64,000 bases of DNA from Macrostomum lignano (taxonomy: Eukaryota). The stretch lies in NCBI GenBank assembly GCA_002269645.1, contig NIVC01003095.1, positions 1 to 64,000 of the forward strand, read 5' to 3'. The notes beneath the pieces were generated by a model, which was not told the DNA's origin, searched no databases, and worked only from the letters and a program-made list of their open reading frames with translations. Positions 50,952-63,369 of this stretch are shown here, in pieces. The stretch's first letter is position 1. Each line of letters begins with the position of its first letter. A program made the position numbers and the translations under genes.

Positions 50952-53248
50952 TTAATCATGTTCAAACTCTTTGAACAATGGCACAGCGCAATAACAGTCT
51001 TTGCTGAACGATTCTACTGGAACAGCGATGCAGGGTCGATCGACCTCTGAAAAATTAACTATACGTTCGCGTCTGGCCGATCTGGGCGCATTAGACAGGG
51101 ATATCAATACAAAATTGAATGTCGAAGACTTTTTGAACATGGATTCCAGCAATGCTTTCCAATTAAGTAAATCGATGGGGAAAGTTGCTGCTGGTACTCG
51201 TAAAACAAAATCAAACAGCGAACCAATGGGATCCAAAATTTGCACTCGAATAGTATTAGGCTCGAGGAACTCTGCAATAGTGCAGATTTCGCCGGACTTC
51301 AATTGGCAAAGATGGTTAGAATTTTTCGACGCACAAGCTGAGCTTGTCGAGAAAAAATGTCCATTAAAATAAGCAAGTGAGTTTCGAAGAATACCATGTG
51401 GCCTGGATGGCTCTAAAGATATAGAGTTAACTGCATCCACTACAATAGAGTCCTTAACACAAGAAAAGTAGTGATGTAGCAACTTTTGAAACAAAAACTT
51501 GCGAACAAGCTGTGGGCCAAATGACACAGTTCCGCATAAGAACTTTTTGAACATGCCAATGGAGCTCTCAAATGCGAACATAGAATAATTAAATACAGGT
51601 CCGTACAATTCGTACTGTTCAGCCATATGCAAAAGCAGGTGGAAATTAAGGCGGAGTACTTTCGGTCCGAATATTTGCTGAGCATTGGAGATAAAAGCTT
51701 TGCATAGCTTTTCGATATCAGTCTTATTTGATTGGGGGCTATACAACATGTGATAAATAAGAACTAAATTAGTTAACAGCAGTTTCAATGGAAAATGCGA
51801 AATTCTCTGCAAAAACGTAGGAAGAAGAAAGTATAGCGCAAAGTTTTTAAAATGCTTTGCTTTCCAATCTGAAAAGCCTTTAAAATTTGTGTTGATTGTG
51901 ATGCTAGAAGGAGTTATAGATTGACGAATACAATTAGATATGAAATCCATGCAATTAGCTGAGCAAAAATACAACTCGCGCCTGTTTGCAGGTAATGACA
52001 GCTCTTCTAGTAGATACTTGGTGTGGCCTTCGAAAAAGCAGTGTAAACTGTCAATAGGATTGCAGCTGGGAAACGGAACATAGTCTAACAAGCAACTGCG
52101 CATCTTTACGCCAAAAACAGGCCGATTTCGAATTTGTGCGAGCCGACAGTGTTCAAGATGGGAAGATGGGTTTCTCAAAGGAAACAAGTAGCCTTCACCA
52201 TAGCGGAAGATCCAGTTTTTACCTTTCTCGGATACTTTAAAGCTCTCACCTGGGTGCACCTAGGACAGCTAAACGCACCATTGTACTGGTGAATGCAGAA
52301 GAGCTTAGCAAGAGCGGGCAAGTCACAAACAAAGAGTGTGTAATGGACATGAACGGTGTATTCCGAGAATATAAACTGTTTTGGCAAATTGTTCATAATT
52401 TCAGACAGAAAAGACTGGAAATGCGGGACTGCCTTCGATGAAACAAGAGCAATTAGAATTAAATTTGCAAAGCGTTGACGGATGTAAACAGGAAGGTTTA
52501 GAAGTTGAGCCTGAAATGGCCAAAAGCTACTCTGAACAGATTCAAAAAAATTGGCGCCATCAGCTGAGATTAGAAGATGCAAGTGAAGCGACTTGCCAGA
52601 AGATAGGCTTAAGCCTTGTTCTTTAACTATTTTGGAATTCAAAACGTCTGTGTTTTTATCCTTTTGCAATTCTTGCTCATACTGCAGAATAGTTGAAGTG
52701 TGGCTGCTTAAGATAGTCCGCAGCTGTGGAACAATATTGAGCTGTGTCACAGCAACCTTTGACTTTGGGGAATGAACCTGACACTGGCTTTTGCATTCTG
52801 GGCAAAAGCCAAATTCAGACACGTCACTATCATCAAGAGGGCAAGTATCTTGAATCAATGATTTGAGCAACTTGACGCTATTTGGAAGAGCTAGAGAATC
52901 TCTACTAAAAATAGAAAGTAGCTTCAGGAGTCTATCAAGAGCAGCCTCTGAAACTCCGGAAGTAATTGCCCACTGAAAAATCAGAGCCGCCTGCACACTG
53001 GGATCTGAGATGGAAGCCAAATTCGCTAAGCTATCTGAACTCTCCTCAAGCACAGGCACAGCATTGTTTTCACCAATAAAAGTTTCCACAGCGTCAGGAC
53101 AGCTGTGCGAGTGCGTTACACCGGCTTCGCTTGAAATTGAACTCCTATTACTTGTAGAAAAACTATTTGAGGGAGAAGAAATCGCCTGACAAGAGTAGGC
53201 TGAGTAATTAGTAGAAAGAGAGTGCTCAGATTCTGATTTACTAGACAT
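50952..53248 (-). CDS. CMC/EnSpm DDE transposase, about 765 aa, one frameshift near 52258
   Basis: ADGANFF (D), VCDLPA (D), FSCPRC, PIDSLH, FKGFSDWKAKHF, NFHLLLH, YGPVFNYSMFAFES (E); ORFs 52175-53248 and 50952-52259 overlap out of frame. Confidence 0.88.
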
Positions 53249-53297
53249 AAAAATAGCAATTCAAATATTCAAAAGTTACTAGAATTTTTTCCGCAAT

Positions 53298-55247
53298 TCA
53301 CGGTCCCATTCGCCTTGAGCGGGAAATGGAATCCCCTGACTCGGGTCCAGAAGCAGCAGTTGAAGTTCGCTTTCTCGCCCGTGTCTCCTCCCTGGCCAGC
53401 TGATTGAGATGGTCTCGTACAGACTTCCAGATTTCGTGGAAGTCGTAGCCAGATGTTCGATAGCACAATTGAAGCAAACCTGAAAATTCACGAGTATAGT
53501 AAAATATTTTTACAATAGACATTGTGTACTGTGTTTATAGTAGAAATAGGCTAAATTTAAAAGGAAGTTGATTTATGATGCTAATCATTAAATAGGTCAA
53601 TGGGATGTATTGAACTTTAGAACTATTTTTCCTCAATTTCTTTTATCTCAGACCTAAATGTGTTTTTTTAGAAAATATCCCAAGTATTGGATTCAGATCA
53701 TTTAGCATTAATTAGCCTAAATTGCTTTATAATAAAAAAATTGCACAAAACTGTGAAAAAATTATATATATATATTTACGTTGAAACTCTGTCACATGCT
53801 CAGATGGAGCAGGCCTTCGGGAACTGCGAGCACCACAGGATGAATCGATTATATGCTCAAGCAAGTAGCCTTCGCCAAATCGCAGCTTGATATACCTTCG
53901 GAGGAACACCTTAGGATCGTTGCAAAGAATTGAAGACAGCTCAGCTAGGGAACCATCAATGCACCTAAATTCCTAAAAAATGTTATTATATAGTAGAACT
54001 TTTATACTACAGACGTGATGCTGTGATGCTAAGAAAAAACTGACATACCTCATTTTGGTATTCTTTAATTGTTAGCATTCCACCAAAGTTGTCATCCTTT
54101 TTTAAAAGTCGGCATATCCTTGCAGCAAGACGCTTCTCAAGAGAAAGCAACTCGGATTGAATGAACAGTTTTAGATCTAGAGTAAGATATATGCTCATAT
54201 ATAAAAATATGGTGATTTTGATTTTTAATAATGTGATTGTATCATATTAAAAAAATAAAATTATACCTTTCATTGTTGCATCCAATTCACTGTTTACTAT
54301 CTGTACCCCTCGGAGGGGTTGCACTTCTTGAATTGCACCTAGTGATAAAAAAGGCTTATTGCTACAAAAATATTGACTCATTTGGTATTTGGTTTTCAAT
54401 TAGGTGTAATAGAATATACAAACTTGATTCCAAGAGGCCTGTGGCACGAGCTTGCTCATTTTCAACCAAAGATGCCTCTCTCTCAAATGCAGAAATGGCT
54501 TTTTCTAAAAAATAATAATTAATCAAATAATACAACAAAAAAAACAAATTGCAAACAATTAATAGTTCATATATATTGCAGTTTTACCCATTGATTGAGT
54601 AGCTGGTATCGCCAAATTTGGTTCGCCACTTTCACTATCCACTTCATAAAGCTCGTCAAGTAGTCCATGCTGATGACAACTAGAACTTGAAGCAACCTGC
54701 TTTGAACTAGATGACCTTATTGTCCTTACATTTGCAATGCCAGCTTGGGGATCTTTCATTGCAAAAAGCTCAATAGCTTGGCTAATCAATGAATCAGTAT
54801 TTTCAGCCTCACTAACCAAGTTGGAAAGTTGGTTCATAGTTGAAGCCATTTGCCTTTCACTACCTTTTGCCACAAGTGTAGCAGAAAATAGTTTGCCATA
54901 CATGCGTAAAAAGACTTTAGTCCCCTAAAATATAATTTAATAAAGTAATATTACATTTGTAGTTGGAATAATTTGTTTTAGAAACCATGTACTCAATAAC
55001 AAAATATTATGCATATAAATCCAACTTAAAATCTTACTTGTGCAAGTTCCAACTTTTCATCATTAGTTATTGTACTTGGCCAATAGGGAGACCCAAATGC
55101 AATGGTCACATATTGCTCATCATGGCCAACATTGTGAAGAATAAAGCAGAAAAACAATGCTGAATTGTCATTTCCAAATTTAGAAGTACTTTTTGTCTGC
55201 TTTCGAAGAGGCCTAGAATTAGATGCACTTAATCCAATATCATCCAT
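53298..55247 (-). CDS. Spliced transposon accessory gene, putative BEN-domain DNA-binding protein (376 aa); exons 55247-55038, 54924-54588, 54504-54424, 54176-54049, 53972-53780, 53479-53298
   Basis: Five GT-AG introns with phases 0,1,1,0,1 give an open 1131-nt frame; C-terminus PKVFLRRYIKLRFGEGYL...IWKSVRDHLNQLAR resembles BEN helices. Start codon uncertain; an upstream exon is possible. Confidence 0.72.
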
Positions 55248-56401
55248 AACAATTTGTTCTGAAAAAGTTTCACAAGGAGATAAGGTTTGAAGAATCAATC
55301 AAGAGGCCAATGACAAACCAATTAGAATTGTATATAAAAAAAATTTAATGTAGGGACCCTAGGCCCCTATGATTTTAAATAAAAATTATAATATAAGGCC
55401 TAGGCCCTATATATAGGCCTATAATTATAAAGTTGTGCCATTGTGGATTTTCTGATACAAAGTAGACAATATTAGGCCTAATTGGGCCTAGTCTAGTCTA
55501 GTTTTGATTATAGACTGTATATTAGATACAAAGGACATGAAAGGTCTCGAAATTAAGTACCAATTACCATAATATACTATTATTTTTTATTATTTTGAAA
55601 CTGTCAGCCTACCATGTGATTTTTATCATTAGGCTATGGCCTAGGTCTAGGATGCCACTTTAGACTAGGCCTTTGGCTTTGGTTAGGCCAACCTATCATT
55701 ATAAAAATGCAGCAAAATATCATTCAAAAATATACATCTAACCCCTATAGGTTATCTTTGCATCCCAAATATAATATATAATAGGGTTTCTATTTTCTAA
55801 TATATCTACAAATACAATTTTCACTGAAGGAGTGAAGATCAAAATTAGCATGTCAAAAAACCTTACAAGCCACCGAATTTTAAAACTAGCTACCAAAAGT
55901 GGAACTGGAAGTATATAGCTAAGAAAAAACATAAACATAAACATAGCACATAGTGACACATAATGAAATGATGACAACATGCAAGAGTGACAGAGTCCTC
56001 TTAGAAAGGAAAAATAGGCCTAGTAATTTATGTTTATGGGAAGTTAAGTCCGTAATTAACTAAACCGAAACAAAATGGCCAACAAAATTGCTGGTAATAT
56101 ATTCAAAGCAATTTGTAGGTGAAGATTTTAACAAATTTATTAAACTATTTTTTGTATTTACAATTTCGCTTTTATTAAATATATTTAAAACTTTATTAGA
56201 TATACATAAAATAGCCTGAAATTTTTTATAAGCTTAGTTATTTATTTTCCCGTATGAACTCCCTGACATGGATGATTTTACCATGGAAAGTTTTAAAAAT
56301 CCATGCATGAAAATACCATGAACATGCATGATTTATCAATGGATCATGGATCATAGATGATTTATCCATGATAAGAGAGTAGGGTGGCGCAGACATATAC
56401 C

Positions 56402-58145
56402 GTTAGTAGTAGTAGTAGTAGCTAAGCCGTCTTCTTATTCTTCTTGGCCGTTATCGCCTTTCGGCTTGGCTCCACAGGGTCCTCTCAGATCAGGGCCTTC
56501 CACAGATCCTCATATGCCTCGCCATGTTCGTTGCTGACAAATTTCTGCCGCACGTTTCGCACTCCTTCACTTTCGCTTTGTACTTCCTAGGTGGAGTTTT
56601 CTGTGCTCTTTCCTGGTTTGCTGCAATTCTTTCGGTGTCTCGCCCAATTGGATGTTGTCACTTCTATACCGCATTCCTTGTTGCATGCCGTCTTTCCGTC
56701 CTTTTCCTGCTCGCCTCTGCAACTCTTCTTGTGGTTTTTCATTGTCGCTTCTTGCGTGAATGTTTTCTTGCACTTGCTGCACTCGAACATCACTTGTGTG
56801 TTCCTTACGCGGTGCATTCTCTTCTCATGGATCGCTAGTCCCGCTTTACTCTTGCAGATCTTCTCACATCCTTCATATTCACATTTGAACTCCGTTCTCT
56901 TCTCCTTCCTTCTACCTCTCTCTTCCCGTATTACTTCCGGTTCCTATTCTGTTTCTACCGGTGGGTGGGATCTCTGTCTCGGGTTATTACGCTTTCTTCC
57001 CTCGGCCTTTTTTCCTTGACGTTCCTCCCATTCTCGCATTTCTTTCGTCATCGCTTCCACAACCCACTTCTCCACTTCTCCACTTCGATCTTGTGTAAAT
57101 CTTTCTGCGCTCTCTGATTCGATTTCTGCTTCCTTTAACAATCTCCTCCAAGAGTCAATTGTCTGGTTCTTCCGTTGTCTTCTCTTCCCGATTCCTTCCA
57201 GCCTCTTGTACCAGCCTAAGACTGCTTTCTTGGTCTGTCTCTCGTCCGGCATGCGTAATACGTGCCAAACACGGATGAGGTGTGTGCGTTCAATCTTAAA
57301 TCTCACGGATGCGACGCCTAGTTCGTTTCTGATGTCTTGCATATTCACCTCCTTTTCTTCCATTTTCTGATTGGTTCCTTCACTTTAGAGCTCCAGACAA
57401 ACCGATACATTCTGTCCATGCATCGCTGCATTTTCTTTATTTGGGACAGGTGGAACGGTCTCACGTTGGCTTGATACAGAAGTGTGCTCTCGACTCAGGC
57501 TTCAATCACTCGTCCTTGTTTTCTCTTTCACAATCTGCACTTTACGAGCGTTTCCTTATTGTCTTCCAGCTCTTATTGGCTCTTCCGATCCTCTGCCTCA
57601 CGTCTACTTCTTATCCGTCTAGCCAGCTTCCTAGCATCCTCACCGTACCTCCTTCTGGTGTTCCGAAGAGGAGGTCCTCTTGCTTCTGGTCGTTGGTCTT
57701 CTCCTCAAACCGCTGCATGACTTCTTTTGTTATTCCGAGGCCACCGGTCAGTTCACCGCGGTTCCCTGTTAGGGTGGTGTCGTCCGCGAAGAGAGGGAGG
57801 TCTGGAACATGTGTGTCCGGTTTTCTGAGTTGTATTGGTGTCTGCGCTGTGGCGGTAATGAGTGTCCTGGTGGCCAGCTCCACTCAATTCCACATATGTT
57901 TCCTGACTTCTTGGCTTCTTCTTGTCTTTCTTTCTCTGCCATTCTCATGCACGCTTGGTAATAAATGTTGAATAAAACCGGTGACGTAGGGCATCCTTCT
58001 CTGAGACCGCGTTCTGGTGACCAACCTTCGCTTATTCCTTCCCCGCCCTTCACTCGGTAAAGTGTGTTCTCGCGTAGGTCTTGTAATTTATGTATCGCCT
58101 CTTTCGGCATCCTTAAATGTGAGAGCAATGCCCATAGCATGGGGC
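56402..58145 (-). mobile_element. 5'-truncated, frameshifted RTE-like non-LTR retrotransposon
   Basis: RT motifs GLREGCPTSPVLFNIY and LFADD, VRMLGSWL, WHVLRMPDERQTKKAVLGW; C-terminal zinc fingers; (TAC)n tail at 56402-56421. Confidence 0.88.
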
Positions 58146-58394
58146 ATCGTCTGCTTCATGATCAGGTAAAGAGCTGCCAGACGAACGCCCTCGCGGCCAT
58201 GCCAGTGTAGCTGTGAACTAAAAACTCGTCGGACAAGTTTTAAACGGCTTCCCGACTTCAATGCTGACGGCCAGATCCCGTCCAGTTGACTCCACGCAGT
58301 AGATTAATTGCATCGAGAGCCATGCAGCGCTCGGACGTTGCTAAAGGCTGCCAGCGTCCGGCGCCCAGACGGACACATGAACGGCGTCTAGTTT
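58146..58394 (-). pseudogene. Decayed partial copy of the racemase gene
   Basis: Frameshifted LDAVHVSV, IYCVESTGRDLAVSIEVGKP, GVRLAALYLIMKQT match LDAVLVPV, VYCVEAAGK|NLAASLVAGQP, GVRLAARYLKQT of the 59117-62169 gene. Confidence 0.75.
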
Positions 58395-59116
58395 GCGGCA
58401 ACTGGCATTAAGATTAACCTTCAAGATTTTTTTGGATGAGGCACCCACATTTGAGTTTAGTATCGTTATACTTATCGTTATCGCCAGCTTGATAGGACAG
58501 ATAGAAAAACCGACAGAGGACAATTATCAATAGGCAGCACAATTGGTTCCATCTGATTTTTTTCATTTTTTCATTCAAAAATCATCTGGGAATTATACAT
58601 GATCGCACATCATTTGTTAAGAATTTTTGACTGCCTTTCAACGATTTTGTTATATTGATATAGCAAAAATTAACCAACTCATGATTGCCACTGCACTCAG
58701 CACGTATATCATAGCATTTATATTTTTAGCTCTTTTTAGCCATAAAAATTACAAAGCAACTAAGAAAGCACTAATACTACTATTAAGTAGCTATTGCAAG
58801 TAAAGAAAAATAAATTCTGCAAATAGTAACTGTTGAAATTGAAGATGTTGCATTCATTAATTTAGTTCTTATAGACATACATGTATAGGTTTAGTTGCAT
58901 TTAGTACGCTTATATTTACGAGGTACATGTGTATACAAACTTGATGCTTAGAAAATCTTATAAATATCATATTTAATAGGTACATACTGGTATTTATTTG
59001 TTTCTCAAAACTGTCGGTTTTGAGAAAATAATGCTCTACCTGTTCTTAATTCATGAAGCGGCATATACTACGATTTCACGACTAAATGCAACTGCTCACA
59101 AAACAAGTACACGCCT

Positions 59117-62100
59117 TCACATCTGAAGCATCACAGGCCCGACAATGTTCACCGGGCCGCCGCCACCATCCGTGACTGTCTCTAGCTCAGCAGTCAATCT
59201 GGTGAACTCCTTAGAAAACGGGTCAAGATTTCCCCCACTCAGCACGACGCCAATATTTTGGCACTCAGTCACCGGAGGGAGAGTCTTGTCGGCCAGGTGT
59301 ACAGCGGCAAACAGGGCGGCGCCGCTGGCGGCTTCCACTGTCTGTTTGAGATAGCGAGCGGCCAGCCGCACGCCGCCAGCCATACCGGCGTTGTCAACGC
59401 TGAAAACTCTTCGTTCGGCCAGACGGTGCAGCACCGAGAGAGCGAGCGGAGCAACTGGCCGAAGACGAAGCGACTCGGCAACGGTCGGAATAAACTCGTC
59501 GGACGTATTCAGCGGCTGGCCGGCGACAAGGCTGGCCGCGAGATTCTGCAAGTTGATGCCCGAGTTGGAAAAGTACCAGATGCATTTCCCATTTTCTTTT
59601 CCAGACTATACGCATACAGTCATTAAAATATTTTCATGACTCCTGTTAGAGAAGTAATTCCGTAAAAAGTGATGCGTGAAATCTTTTTGCTAATTGAAGT
59701 TTCAAATACCAGGTATATTTAAAGAGATATACAGTGTAGTACAATAATACCAAATGGCATCTCATTTACTTTGAAAGCATTCTCGACAGACGGACAAGAG
59801 TCAGTGGCGTAGATGAATGACAAGACTGCATGTCGCCAGCTGACGCTTATGCATCTGACGCTGGTGTCTTCTGACGCTGGTCTTCTGACGCTGGAGTCTT
59901 CTGACGCTGGTCTTCTGACGCTGGAGTCTTCTGACGCTGGAGTCTTCTGACGCTGGAGTCTTCTGACGCTGGAGTCTTCTGACGCTGGAGTCTTCTGACG
60001 CTGGAGTCTTCTGACGCTGGAGTCTTCCGACGCTGGAGTCTTCTGACGCTGGAGTCTTCTGACGCTGGAGTCTTCTGACGCTGGAGTCTTCTGACGCTGG
60101 AGTCTTCTGACGCTGGAGTCTTCTGACGCTGGAGTCTTCTGACGCTGGAGTCTTCTGACGCTGGAGTCTTCTGACGCTGGAGTCTTCTGACGCTGGAGTC
60201 TTCTGACGCTGGAGTCTTCTGACGCTGGAGTCTTCTGACGCTGGAGTCTTCTGACGCTGGAGTCTTCTGACGCTGGAGTCTTCTGATGCTGGCGTCTTTC
60301 TCAAGAATATCAAATTTCAAAGCATACGAGTGCGTAATTTACTCTAGACTTTTTTAAAAGCTAAATTTAACTGTAAAGTACATTAGGCCAGATGAAAATC
60401 TTTGTTTTTCCTTTTTTCTGCACTTTCTCACACAATAGTCAAGTCGCCAGGCCTCTAAACCGTCGAGATACTAAACAATACTGCCAGAAAATTGAATTGT
60501 TTTCATAAGCTAGTGCTAGTGCATCATCTCTCTGACAGTGGTGGCCACTGGCCTTCACTTAAGCGGAGCTTGTGGAAAAAGGTAACGCCAAATGACTCTA
60601 GAAGCCGTTGGGCCCTAGTCAAGTGGTCTAGCGAGGCGTTCTCATGTGTCAGCAGCCCAGGCTCGATTCTAAGTGCAGTAGCTAGCATTAACTTGGACGC
60701 CCTTAGAATTAACGCCCCGTGAGGGTCCACAAAGCGCAGTGAAGTGTACATGCCTAACGAAAAATAAAGTTAGGGCCGCTGTACACTCCCGTGTGTGAGT
60801 GTGTGCCTGCGCGTATGACTGCGCACGTGACCACGCACTTGTGTGCCTGCTCAGGGGAGTCGGCAGAATCGGCAGTATAATGCCTCAGAATGGGCAGTAA
60901 TGGCTTGGTGTTCCTGCAGAAAATTAAGTCTCCTGACTAAAATTCCTGAAAATTTGCTAACCTTCCCGGCTGCCTCAACGCAGTAGACTCTAACAGACGA
61001 CCGTGCAGCACTGGCCGATGCAGGCTCTGCAGCTTTGGACATCGTCGCCGACGCCAGAGCCACACCTGCGGCCAGTCCCCCGCCACAGACAGGTACCAAG
61101 ACCGCATCCAGCTCTGGCACCTGTTCTATCAGCTCCAGCCCGACACTGGCTTGCCCAGAGATCACGTCCCAGTGGTCGGACGAGGGCACCGGATAGAGTC
61201 GTCGCTCGGCGGCCAGCCTGTCGCAGACCCGCCGTCGATCTGAGTAGTTCGGCTGGCAGAAGTGCACCTCCGCGCCGTAGCTGCGCATGGGCTGAATCTG
61301 GTTGTGAAGGGGGAGGGAGACTAAAAATGGGTTCCTCTAAATTAAGGATCGAAGGGTCTAACCTAGTCTAAGATGGCGAGAAAAGCAAATAATCAACAAG
61401 TTTCGTAAATCGGCATCTGTCGTCGTAATCGGTGGGACAGACCCTGTATTTTCTGTTTTCTGCCATCTTCATTACACAAAACTAACACTAAGAAACCATA
61501 ATATAATAGAGCTTTAATATTTCGACGCCTTTTTTGCTTTTTGTACCAAATTATACAATAATGGGCAGATTTGCAACCGACAGCTCAGCCGCAGCTATGA
61601 ACTGAAGCAATGCAGAGTTTAATGTCTCGTTCGAGGACACAAATTGTTCCAGTGTGATCGAGAATCGAACCCCCGACCTTTCAGTCGTGAGTCCGACGCT
61701 CTAACCACTAGAATACAGGTACAACTCCAGGCTAGGCTATGGGGGTTTAGGGGTTGCCAAAAAGAAGCTCAGCTAGTCCAAAATGATTCATTTAAAAAAA
61801 TGTTTAAAGGCCAACCTTTGCCGCCGGTGTATCGTTTGGCACCACAACGCAGCAGACCAGACGGAGCCTGTCCGCTGCCCAGGCCAGCGCCTGTCCATGG
61901 TTACCGCTGCTGTGCGCCACCACACCTGCATAGCCCTGAGGCATTCTCAGCAAGGCGTTCAAAGCGCCTCGCAGCTTAAAACTTCCAGTACGTTGAAGAT
62001 GCTCGCATTTGAAGTAAAGTCGCCTACCGTTGGACATCGAGTCCAATAAAGATGACGTCATGACTGGAGTGACGCTTACGTAGGGTCGAATCCGATTGGC

Positions 62101-62169
62101 TGCTGCCACCAGCTCGTCCGTGTCTGGCCATTCGCAGTTGTGATCTAGATGGTGACAGCTGGTTGACAT
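59117..62169 (-). CDS. SRR: PLP-dependent serine/aspartate racemase; exons 62169-61816, 61297-60962, 59545-59117
   Basis: FKCEHLQRTGSFKLRGALNA (PLP Lys), HSSGNHGQA, VPVCGGGLAAG, LSGGN; two phase-0 introns. Confidence 0.9.
59860..60295. repeat. 16-bp minisatellite (CTGGAGTCTTCTGACG)n in racemase intron 2
   Basis: Read directly. Confidence 0.96.
60610..60905 (+). mobile_element. SINE family B copy, diverged
   Basis: GGGCCCTAGTCAAGTGGTCTAGCG...CCAGGCTCGATTCTAAGTGCAG and GCGCAGTGAAGTGTACATGCCTAACGA...GTTAGGGCCGCTGTACACTCC match 8865-9228 in reverse. Confidence 0.85.
61561..61716 (-). mobile_element. SINE family A copy with a large internal deletion
   Basis: Head and 3' tail match 1421-1726; middle missing. 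Confidence 0.8.
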
Positions 62170-62915
62170 GCCGATTTTTATGTACTTTACATGTAAAAAT
62201 GATGAATTACGCGATAAATTCGCTAAATTTGATTTTCTACAAGTAATACGAGTATAAGTTTAGGATTCAAATATGCGTGAATATAATAATGTGTCTATGG
62301 TGTAGACTATATAAACGCTTATAAGAGCCAGATTTACATTGTTGTACGAACTGTGCTCAAGGTTGTAAACGGTATGTGAGCATCGTGCGCTTCTAGAGAT
62401 TGAAATTATCAAAGCAGACAAATATAGAACTTGATAATTTACGCTCCTATAGGATAAATGTTAAATGATACGCATTCTACAACAACAATGCGTTAGTTAA
62501 TTTATAAATTTAATATAGTATATATTTGGATAGCTACTATTCTTTGTCACAAATAGCAAAGCTTAATTATTTAAAAACCAAATGATTTTTTTCTGAGTAA
62601 AATGTGTTGCTAGAAATCTGAATAAATATATAGAGGCTCAAAACTGTATACAGGGTACATAGCATTATCCACTAAGTAAACTTATTAACTGGTCTCTTGA
62701 TTTAAAAGCAGATAAAACAATGATTAAAAACTGGCTTGAAAAGTTTTTAAGCTGACAATGTGCGAAGAAATATTATAATTTATGATGTCACTGTCATGGT
62801 GCCATCAAAAGCAACATCTAAATATCATTATAAAGAAGTCACAGACGCAGGGAAAATTCTTTATTGTGTGAATATCTTGCAATATTAGTATTTTAATAAT
62901 AATAATTGATTAAAC

Positions 62916-63156
62916 CTGCCCTAATTGGGCCAGATGTTCAACCGACAGCTCAGCCACAGCTATTGCGCGGCGCATCTGAAGGCTGCGTACGGCTGTTCAG
63001 TCCAAGGACTGGGGGGTCGTCACACATCCTCAATCACCCCAGCTAATGCTGGCACCCATTTTACAGCTGGGTTGCTCCAGGTCACAAATAGTTCCAATGG
63101 GACCGAGAATCGAGCCCCCGACCTTCAAGTCGTGAGTTGGACGCTCTGACAACTAC
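62916..63156 (-). mobile_element. SINE family A copy with an internal deletion
   Basis: Reverse-complement match to 1421-1726. Confidence 0.85.
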
Positions 63157-63369
63157 TTTATTAACCCAATGCTTCAAAAGAAGTATAGCTCAACTTTTTG
63201 CAGAGAATCCGGGACCACTCTTCGAAAATTAATAGTGTTTTACACATCTGTTTGTCTACTTCATAAAATAATAAAAATAAAACAATTTACAGAGGGAGAT
63301 TTGGTATCCAGAGTGCACAAATGGAGCATCTAACGCTCTCTACCATCAATCGTCCAACATCCTGTTGAG

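Larger units (their letters stand above)
49659..56384 (-). mobile_element. Full-length CMC/EnSpm (CACTA superfamily) DNA transposon
   Basis: 28-bp TIRs CCCTACTCTC...CATGGATAAATCAT (49659-86, 56357-84; 25/28 identical), TG TSD on both sides, CATG-core subterminal repeats, internal transposase. Confidence 0.92.

Noticed and set aside
51001-51372. 123-aa plus-strand ORF
   Set aside because: Antisense shadow of the transposase, no motif.
38235-62169. Oxidase and racemase as a D-amino-acid pathway cluster
   Set aside because: The oxidase is MAO/PAO-type, not DAO/DDO-type, and the genes are 14 kb apart across transposons.
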